Shown here in pieces: positions 17,933-26,100 of a DNA stretch of 32,000 bases. The position numbers were made by a program, and so were the translations under genes. The DNA is from Sulfolobus acidocaldarius DSM 639. Its GTDB lineage: Archaea > Thermoproteota > Thermoprotei_A > Sulfolobales > Sulfolobaceae. The notes beneath the pieces are model-generated. The model searched no databases. It saw nothing but the letters and a program-made list of their open reading frames with translations, and was not told where the DNA came from. Where the stretch lies: positions 1,590,001 to 1,622,000 of the forward strand of contig NC_007181.1 in NCBI RefSeq assembly GCF_000012285.1, given 5' to 3'. Every line of letters starts with the position of its first letter. The first letter of the stretch is position 1.

Positions 17933-18490
17933 ATGTCAGATATATTATATTCGCTGCTGATATCTGCTTTCTTAGGGCTAGCGCATGGACTAGATGCTGA
18001 CCATATTGCGAATGTTAGGATTTTTAAGAGTGTGAAGAAAATTTTTGAGTTTTCCCTTTTTCACTCAGCAGGATTTTTGATAATAGCCATCCCGCTTAGT
18101 TTGTTGTCTTTAGTTACGATCTTAGAATTTCCTCTCCTAATAACTTCCTATTCCATAGGATTATTGGTTAGTGGACTTTTACTTTACGGTACTGTTAAGG
18201 GAAAGGAGTTGGAGATTGAGCCAAAGAGATTCGGACTACTTCAAGGGGCATTGGTGATCAGCCCATCTAAACTAATAGTGCTTATATTAGCTTTAGCGTC
18301 AGAGAGTATATTTTACGCTGTTCTTATACTGTTAGTCTTTATAGTCACCTCCATAATATCTTTCATGATATTCTCTCTCTTAAACCTCATTCCTAAGAGG
18401 TTTGATAAGATAGTTAACATTGTTATCTCTTTAGGTAGCATAATTTACATTCTATATGAGCTTATAACCACACTCATGAGTATGCATTAG
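17933..18490 (+). CDS. Small NicO/NiCoT-superfamily-like metal transporter membrane protein
   Basis: 185-aa ORF with about 6 hydrophobic helices. The first helix carries HGLDADHI, which fits the NiCoT H-x4-DH signature, and a following FHSAG resembles the second signature. Confidence 0.6.
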   Translation: MSDILYSLLISAFLGLAHGLDADHIANVRIFKSVKKIFEFSLFHSAGFLIIAIPLSLLSLVTILEFPLLITSYSIGLLVSGLLLYGTVKGKELEIEPKRFGLLQGALVISPSKLIVLILALASESIFYAVLILLVFIVTSIISFMIFSLLNLIPKRFDKIVNIVISLGSIIYILYELITTLMSMH

Positions 18491-18551
18491 CTCATAAGAT
18501 CCTCAATAATAAAGAGTAGAAGGGAAATAATTGCTTTATGATTTAATTAAC

Positions 18552-18563
18552 CTTATATAATAA
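18552..18563 (+). promoter_or_regulatory. TATA-box-like element for the 18586 gene
   Basis: cttatataataa centred ~28 nt upstream of ATG 18586. Confidence 0.35.
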
Positions 18564-18585
18564 CGCATTTTTACTTACAACTAAT

Positions 18586-20133
18586 ATGAATAGCCTCGAG
18601 ATCACACTTTTAGACCTTGGAATTATGTTGATTTTATCCAAAATTGCAGAGCAAGTATTTTCTAGGCTGGGGCTAATTCCTTTCGTAGGGTCTATATTCG
18701 TAGGAATTGTTCTGGGTGAAGGGGTCACTAACCTCATTCAGGTAAACACAATAATCTCGTTCATATCATCTCTCGGAATAGTGTTTCTACTCTTTTTAGC
18801 AGGGGCTGAAGAAATAAACACGGAGTACAAGATTAGTAATAAACTATTATTTACTACTATTATTCAAATTATCTTACCATTTATTCTAATATTTCTTATT
18901 TTACACGAGGTTCTTGATATCCCAGATTACTTAGCCCTCATAGTCCCTTTAATCATGACAAGTGCAGGTCCTTTGACTAGATTACTAATTGATTTAGGAA
19001 TAAGCAGAAATGAAGTGGGAGCAAATCTGTTCTATCAAGCAACATTAGTAGAAATCATATCCGTAATTTTATTCTCAATATTCTCACAGTTTAACAAAAA
19101 TTTGCTCCTTATAACTCTGGAGATAGTATTAATCTTTCTCTTGATCCTGATCTTAGGTCCTTTTATAACAAAAGTATTGGAGAAAATTGAAGGCTATATA
19201 AAGGTTAGAGAAGTGGAATTTGCAAGCATAATTTCACTTGTGCTTATAATTGGTTTCTTGGCTGAGTTCTTCAACTTTAATTCTGCTATAGCAGCACTAT
19301 TTCTTGGTTTCTTACTCAGGGGATATTTTAAGGATAGACCAGACCTCTTAGAGAAGCTACATGGGTTTACTTACGGCTTTTTTGAACCTTTATTCTTCGT
19401 CAGTATAGGTTTATTCTTTGTCAAGATTAACCTTCAGATACTTGTAATAGGTTTCATTCTCTTCTTATCCGTCTTAATATCGAAGTTTATTGCAGGTTTC
19501 ATATCTGGTAAAATTACCAGAAATGACCCAATAACAAATGGTCTAGGGACATCGACTAAGGGAGGTGTGGATGTCTCATTATTAATTAGTGCATTAACTG
19601 CAGGTATTATCACTCCAATTGAGTACTCCTACACCACTTTAGCAATATCATTAGCCTCATTGGCTATTCCATTGTTGTTTAAGCTAAGGACAGGTTATAG
19701 GGTAAGTCATGGAGAGAGGGTGAAGCTTAACACTAAACTATCCTCCCTAGTGAATGTCACGTCAACAGTTTTCGTTAGTTGCGATAACACGTTAAGAGAA
19801 GCTATATTAAAGATTAATGAGAAGGGTGTTAGAGCATTAGTCGTTGTAGATGAAGAGATGAGGGTTATAGGTTTAATAACTGTAAAGACTTTGCTTGAAA
19901 TAAGCCCGGATGATTATGATAGGTTGAGAGTATGCCAGGTTTATCTTGACGATGCTGAAATAATTGATGAGGATTATAAAGTGTCTGACGCGTTGAGAAA
20001 ATTCAGGGAATCAGAGACACCAGTTATAGCAGTTATAGATAAGAGAAGAAGATTGAAAGGGACACTTTATGAGAGAGAGTTGCTGAGGTTTCTAATGGGC
20101 GGAGAACCTGGGAGTTTGAGTGAGAAAAAATAA
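18586..20133 (+). CDS. CPA2-type cation:proton antiporter fused to a C-terminal CBS-domain pair
   Basis: 515-aa ORF. About 390 aa of multi-helix Na+/H+-exchanger-like membrane domain are followed by two CBS-like repeats (..KGVRALVVVDEEMRVIGLITVKTLLE.. and ..ETPVIAVIDKRRRLKGTLYEREL..). Confidence 0.8.
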   Translation: MNSLEITLLDLGIMLILSKIAEQVFSRLGLIPFVGSIFVGIVLGEGVTNLIQVNTIISFISSLGIVFLLFLAGAEEINTEYKISNKLLFTTIIQIILPFILIFLILHEVLDIPDYLALIVPLIMTSAGPLTRLLIDLGISRNEVGANLFYQATLVEIISVILFSIFSQFNKNLLLITLEIVLIFLLILILGPFITKVLEKIEGYIKVREVEFASIISLVLIIGFLAEFFNFNSAIAALFLGFLLRGYFKDRPDLLEKLHGFTYGFFEPLFFVSIGLFFVKINLQILVIGFILFLSVLISKFIAGFISGKITRNDPITNGLGTSTKGGVDVSLLISALTAGIITPIEYSYTTLAISLASLAIPLLFKLRTGYRVSHGERVKLNTKLSSLVNVTSTVFVSCDNTLREAILKINEKGVRALVVVDEEMRVIGLITVKTLLEISPDDYDRLRVCQVYLDDAEIIDEDYKVSDALRKFRESETPVIAVIDKRRRLKGTLYERELLRFLMGGEPGSLSEKK

Positions 20134-20252
20134 TAGTTATATTCATAAAATAAGTTATAGTGAAAAAATGGTATTATAGCATCCTCGTGTTATTAATCAA
20201 TGATAGTAGATATTTCACAATTTTATATAGAAATATAAATCGTTAAGGACAA

Positions 20253-20262
20253 GTATTTTATT
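20253..20262 (+). promoter_or_regulatory. TATA-box-like element for the 20285 gene
   Basis: gtattttatt centred ~27 nt upstream of GTG 20285. Confidence 0.35.
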
Positions 20263-20284
20263 GCTCCAAGTAAATTAATTATTT

Positions 20285-21094
20285 GTGGTAACTGCTGAGG
20301 AGATAAAAAAGGTACTAGTAGAGAATCCTTCTATTTTAGTTGACGTACTCATTGCTAGACCTGAGATAATTTATCAGGTTTTATCAAGACTAACTCCTTG
20401 GCAGAACTTAGCTACTAAAACAGACCTGGAGAATTTAAGAAAAGACATTGACATAAAATTTGATACCCTTAGGAAAGAACTAGAGGGGAAGATGGCTACT
20501 AAGGAAGACCTCCAGAAGATGGCTACTAAGGAAGACCTCCAGAAGATGGCTACTAAGGAAGACCTCCAGAAGATGGCTACTAAGGAAGACCTCCAGAAGA
20601 TGGCTACTAAGGAAGACCTCCAGAAGATGGCTACTAAGGAAGACCTCCAGAAGATGGCTACTAAGGAAGACCTCCAAAAATTGGAAAAAAGACTAATTAC
20701 AATGATTAATGGTATAGGAGCAAGATGGGGAGTAAAGAATGAGGACTCCTTCAGACAAGGAGTAGTAGAATTACTCAGCGATGTTGGATTCACCGCTAAC
20801 AGGGAGCTACTTTATGACAATACAGGCTATGTTTATGGTGATCCTTCTGATGTAGAAATAGATGTTGTACTGAAGAACGGGAAAGTGATAATGATTGAAA
20901 TATCCTCAGGTATCAGGAGAGGAGATGTGGGAGTAATACTCAAGAAGAAGGAGTTTTATGAAAAGGCTAAAGGAGTTAAGGTAGATGAGGTCATCGTAAT
21001 CACCTCAATCATTGAGGATAGGGATCCTGATAGGGTAAAGGCTAGGGCTGAGAGCCTAGGAATTAAAATCATAACTCCGTCAGATATTCAGTAA
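20285..21094 (+). CDS. Coiled-coil (DUF3782-like) / PD-(D/E)xK nuclease-fold protein with an internal nonapeptide repeat array
   Basis: 269-aa ORF, GTG start. The N-terminal T-K-x-D-L coiled-coil-type motifs are followed by 7 x MATKEDLQK. The C-terminal GARWGVKNEDSFRQG...DVEIDVVLKNGKVIMIEISSG...ESLGIKIITP resembles the archaeal/cyanobacterial PD-(D/E)xK family usually paired with DUF3782. Confidence 0.75.
   Translation: MVTAEEIKKVLVENPSILVDVLIARPEIIYQVLSRLTPWQNLATKTDLENLRKDIDIKFDTLRKELEGKMATKEDLQKMATKEDLQKMATKEDLQKMATKEDLQKMATKEDLQKMATKEDLQKMATKEDLQKLEKRLITMINGIGARWGVKNEDSFRQGVVELLSDVGFTANRELLYDNTGYVYGDPSDVEIDVVLKNGKVIMIEISSGIRRGDVGVILKKKEFYEKAKGVKVDEVIVITSIIEDRDPDRVKARAESLGIKIITPSDIQ
20492..20680 (+). 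repeat. In-frame tandem repeat, 7 x 27 bp (atggctactaaggaagacctccagaag)
   Basis: Six copies are identical at every nucleotide. The seventh differs only at two synonymous third positions (cag aag -> caa aaa). Counted directly from the sequence. Confidence 0.98.
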
Positions 21095-21243
21095 GATGAG
21101 CATAACGTATCTTCGCTGGCTTAATACACACAAAAAGTAGGTTATATCGTAATTAGGCATATAGTGATAACGTCATTAGAGAATCTAGGCTCAATTTATG
21201 GAATTACTATAATGGATTCCATCTCTCCATATTTGTTTTACCC

Positions 21244-22233
21244 TCATTTAATAGCTATGGGGTTAACAGGAGAGCCTACAGCTCCTTCAAAGGGTAGAGG
21301 TTGAGCCACAAACATAAACGCGAAACGTTTGTCCTTTCTACAATGATCAGCTAACTCCTCAAGGTAAAATATTTCACCTACAGTTAAACCCATATTTGGG
21401 ATAACTACGTGATGCCATGGTTGCATTATCTCCTCCACCTCATTAGGAATAACTTCCACTCCCCACGTGTCACTTGCGACACCAGCAACTCTCTTCTCAT
21501 GTAACCATATTGCAGTATCTAATCCTAAACCAGGAGCAGGAGTATAGCCTGCAAAGTCCTCCCAGTCACCTTTTCTCAAATATCTAGCCATATGTCCTGT
21601 CCTAATGAGTAAAAAATCACCTTGTCTAATCTGAACATTTTCAAATTTGATTATATCATCAAGCTCCTCAGAGGTTATAACTTCACCTGGCTCTAATCAT
21701 TCCACACCCTTAAAAGACGGAAAGTCCAATAACACTCCTCTACCTACAACTTTGTCCTTAACCTTTGCAATATCGTTCTTGAGTGCACCTGAGGAGTTCA
21801 CTAGAGAGGCATCATACCCATTCCACATTTTACCCTCAAAAAATATATGGCTCAAAGCGTCCCACTGTGTGGCGCACTGTAATGGCATTATGATTATATC
21901 GTCAGCGTATGAGATGTCTTTCTGATAAGTTCTCTTCATCAATCTGCTCTGAGCACCACTTATCACATCTGCACCAGATGCTGTCATAAGGTGGATGGGG
22001 TTAAATCTGCCTCCAAATCCTCCTCTTTGAGGACCTGAGGGACCAAAATTTAGTGATAACGAGAACACCCTCCCTTCCTTGACCTCCTTAGAGGCTTCAA
22101 CTACCGACTGATTAGTTACGTAATTTAGAGTCCCCATCTCGTCATCTTTTCCCCATCTACCCCAGTTTCTCACTGATAAAGCAGTCCTCCTAAATTCCTC
22201 TAATGTATATTTTTTTCTCTTTCCCATTAACAA
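21244..22233 (-). pseudogene. Cyclase-family (kynurenine-formamidase-like, PF04199-type) gene interrupted by one in-frame TGA
   Basis: The ORFs at 21697-22233 (178 aa) and 21244-21591 (115 aa) are in the same frame. The 105 nt between them (21592-21696) are open and read LEPGEVITSEELDDIIKFENVQIRQGDFLLIRTGH, continuous with both. The only interruption is the TGA at 21697-21699 (..FPSFKGVE*LEPGEV..). Confidence 0.8.
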
Positions 22234-22526
22234 TCAATATTTAACCTCATTAAGTAAATTTAAAAATCTTCTTCCAATAGGTACAAGAAAGAAGTTAAGC
22301 TGATTAAAAATTTATAGATTTTTCACCATACAAAATATCTCATCGTTTCAGCTCTATAGTTCTTGAGACCTTTTACATTCCTACGTGGTACTCCTCACTC
22401 ACAAGGTTACAATTACTTCTCTTAATAGTATAAGAGACTATACACCTAGTGTAGATCGTAGAACTTCATAGGTTAAGCGACGTCGTAAAGAGAGGCTTTC
22501 GTTATTTATATATCTGATCTCCTTCC

Positions 22527-22543
22527 CCCTAAAGGCGAGGCTT
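22527..22543 (+). repeat. Recurrent intergenic motif, copy c (CCCTAAAGGCGAGGCTT)
   Basis: Lies in a 440-bp non-coding gap and is preceded by ctccttcc. Its 3' part, gaggcttatcgtt (22537-22549), is echoed 45 nt upstream by gaggctttcgtt (22492-22503). Confidence 0.5.
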
Positions 22544-22673
22544 ATCGTTCTTTTGCTATGAGACTTAAAGATTCTTATTGTACAAATCCACTACAAGTAA
22601 TCCCCATAACTATACTTAATTTTAAGGGTAGGACTATTTACTATTCTACTCCATATGCCACTTGTGAGTCTGA

Positions 22674-23114
22674 ATGTCCTTACAGGTCTACTCTGTTCCT
22701 TTCTGGACAGAAAAAGAGTACAGAAAAGAGTTTATAGATAAGACCCTGGAAGTGCCTGTGGGTGGGTCTACTTTCTACTTTGACATCCCTAAGAATCCAA
22801 TGGTATATGTGAGCGAGACTAAAGGAGTGTTATACATAAACGGTTCATGTTACTGGGAACCCATGGTCTATATGTTGCAAGACATCAAGAGTGAGTTCCT
22901 TTATAACGTAAATGTACTAGCCCACTCTCTGGGAAGATCTATAACAGACGAAAAGGATGAATTATTGGGAATCGATGATACTAAGAAAGCAGAGAAGAGA
23001 AAATATTATGTTGTAGTAGAAGACACAGAAATCGGATTCTATTATAATTTGTATTTACCTTATGATGGCAGAAATGGATTCATAGAGATAGTCCCCTACT
23101 TTAAGAAAAAGTAA
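22674..23114 (+). CDS. Hypothetical protein
   Basis: 146-aa soluble ORF with no recognisable motif. Confidence 0.55.
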   Translation: MSLQVYSVPFWTEKEYRKEFIDKTLEVPVGGSTFYFDIPKNPMVYVSETKGVLYINGSCYWEPMVYMLQDIKSEFLYNVNVLAHSLGRSITDEKDELLGIDDTKKAEKRKYYVVVEDTEIGFYYNLYLPYDGRNGFIEIVPYFKKK

Positions 23115-23164
23115 AAAAAAATAGATGGGACAAAGAGGTAAAGCAAACTGGCATCACGGCATAT

Positions 23165-26100
23165 CTAAGGTCTCTTTTTATGTAATAAAACCCGTGTCAC
23201 TACTACTCCTAAAATAACTATGATGATTAGGGCTCCTATTCCAATAGTCACTGGTAAGTTAATGGTCTCAGTCAGGTTTTCAACCAAAGGTCTATTCACA
23301 ACTAATTCCGCACCAGGGGAGACATTATAAGTGCCAATATACTTGCCAGTCATATAAAACGGTATGTTTGCGTTGAGAACTATTGTTGAACCGTTATTGT
23401 GCCATGACGAGTTTCCATTAATGGTAACTAAATACTGTGTTACAGTCTTTATCTCTACCGTTATAGGACTCGTTACTGTGAGGTTGGAGGGGATTAATGT
23501 TGGAACTAGCCTCTCGTTGTTCGAGACATAATACGTGTAATTTATAACCTGTATTTTTGTTCCACTGTTTACCCAAGACGAGTTTAAGCTGGTCAAAGTC
23601 CCGTTTACTAGAGCTTTAACAGGAATAGGAGATATGACGTTAATGTAATACTGTTTTATGAAATTGGCTGAAATATTGAATGGTTGATCTACAGTCAATG
23701 ACTCAAAGGAAATGTAGATCATGACATACCTCTGATCATTAGATGTGTATCTGGTTATGTTCTCTATCTGTATTTTTGTCCCGTTATTGTACCACCCTGT
23801 TGTCAAACTGGTGTTTTCTCCGTTTACTATAGCGTAAATAGGTAGTTGTGAGTTGACGATTATTCTAAACTGCTGTTGGTACGTAACGGTTATGTTTACA
23901 GGAGAGGTTAAGGTGAAGGATGCTGATGGATATATTGACGTAAGTATATATCTTTCGCCTGTAGATGTGTATCTGGTTATGTTCTCTATCTGTATTTTTG
24001 TCCCGTTATTGTACCACCCTGTTGTCAGTGTCACATTAGTCCCGTTAACCAGTGCCTCCACTGGCAAGATGGAGTTAACCGTTAGGTATACCTGAGTTAC
24101 TGTAGTCACGGTAACTACTAAAGGTGAGTTTATCACGAAGTTTAGCGCTGGGGAAATTCCACTTAATATGATTCTGACCCCATTAGAGACGGGGTATGTC
24201 TCATTAATTATCGAAATATTAGTACCTTGAATATACCACCCTGAGCTCAATGTATTTTTAGTGCCATTTATGTAAGCATACACAGTCACAGGGGTTTTGA
24301 CTGTCACGTAATATTCATTATAGTAGAACGCTATAACATTACCTGGGGAGCTGATGACACCTGTTGGGGAGAAGTCTACCCACCTTTCATTGTCTCCTTG
24401 TAAGATGTTTTGAAAATAGTACTGAGAGTTTGAATCGACCCAGACTGTAATAGGGACTGTACTTTCATAACTCTGACCGAATGAGGTGTATATCAGTTGA
24501 GGAGCTGGATAACCTGAGCCCCCCTGTACCATAAAGTTAAAGTTCACTAGGTACTGTTGGTAATATGTAACGTATATAGTAATGGAACCGTTTACTATAC
24601 CGTTTATAGGTGAAGGACTTGCCCACCTTATATTTCCCGAACCTATTATTTGCTGTAAATTGTACGTTGTACCAACCGGCAGATATAGGGTTTCCCCTGG
24701 ACTTACTGTTAAGGTCGAGATGGTGCCGTTAGGAAACTGGAGTGTCAAGACTGGTGAGGTGGGTAACTGCGAACCTACTACATTTATATTGAATTTCACT
24801 GAAGATATGGCTTGGACATAAACCGAAAATGTAGCCCTCAAGTAATATCCGTTCAATAGGTTGACTGTTACTGTAACAGTATAAAATCCAGGTGACTGTG
24901 GGTAAATCCTTAAATTTACACTCCCGTCTCCATTTAAATTAAGGTACTCCTGAGACAGAGAGTAACTCAGTCCGTTTGATGAATTAACGTAAATGTATGC
25001 AGGACCTTCTCCTATTATGTTTATTACCTCGTCATATGATTGGTTAGTATATAGTTTTATGAAACCACTGGAGAGGTTTAATGCGAACCTCTCAGTATTA
25101 ACCACATTAAGACCCGTGTCACCTGGGGAGTAACCCTCATAAGCCAATTGACCGTTTTGATAGACCAGGATTGAGTAGGGCATAGGAAATAGTGTTAAAA
25201 TGAACTCTCCTCCTGTAAAGTAAAAGTCTTGTATATTTGAGGAATCTGAGAAAGGTATAGAGAAATTATATACTGTCGCATACCCACTCTGTACAGGAGT
25301 ATTAATTTCTAAGATAGTCACGGAGTCGTAATTCCATAACTGTCCTAACGATCCACTACCTGCAGTTAACCCCGCCACTGGCAGTCCTGTATATCTATAA
25401 TAGTAATACGAATCAATTACGTTCTCAGCGGATTCTCCAGTATCTGAACCAAAATTATAGGCATTTTCAACTTCTTGAAAATTATGACCATTCCAGTACA
25501 GCAGTTCAAGATAGACCTCAGATGAGTAAACATATGTTGTTGAACCTCCTCCCGGTCCTGCAAATACCATCTCAGAGTCCCAAAATGTTCCGTAACCATT
25601 ATACTGAAATCCGTCAACCAGGAAGTATACCTGTGATGAACCTTGTGCATTGGTAACAGTGACAGTATCATAAAGTATCCATCCATATCCGTCATTGTAG
25701 TAGAAATAGATTACTGGCTCCCCTAGGGAGTTGGTTGAAACATTCACCAGTAAATATACAGTTGCAGGCAAAGTGAGGGTCGCAGGACTTCCAGGGTAAC
25801 CTGACGCCTCGTAGGCGTAATAAGTGGTGTTTAATTTAGAGTAAGAATAAATGTTACCATTTCCCTGAACAGAAGTTATATATGCATGAGGAGATGAAAA
25901 ATTCCAAATATTATCTAGTATTTGTATATTATTGTCTTGAGTATCAAAAAATGCTACATCTTGAACCCACAGATCATAGGTATAACCATTCAAATAATAG
26001 TGTAAGTTCAAATTTAATTGAAACGATACAGAAGTAGTATTTGTACTTAAGCCATACAGGTTTATTACACCCATCCACTGTGTAGTGGTTAAAATATAGG

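Noticed and set aside
20492-20680. The tandem 27-bp repeats as a CRISPR array
   Set aside because: The units are directly abutting with no spacers, lie in-frame inside a CDS, and no cas genes or leader are nearby.
20374-20793. Antisense ORFs across the 27-bp repeat array (139 aa and 65 aa with repeating FWRSSLVAI / LLEVFLSSH)
   Set aside because: These are mirror-image artefacts of the repeat. The sense frame has the flanking conserved domain and promoter spacing.
21697-21699. In-frame TGA as selenocysteine
   Set aside because: Sulfolobales are not known to have Sec-decoding machinery and nothing in this window suggests it. I cannot evaluate a SECIS by eye. A nonsense mutation or low-level readthrough is more parsimonious.
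24116-24131. 11-nt partial match (ctaaaggtgag) to the recurrent motif inside the surface-protein CDS
   Set aside because: Only the central part matches, it lacks the GGCTT end, and it lies in coding sequence on the opposite coding strand. Consistent with chance.
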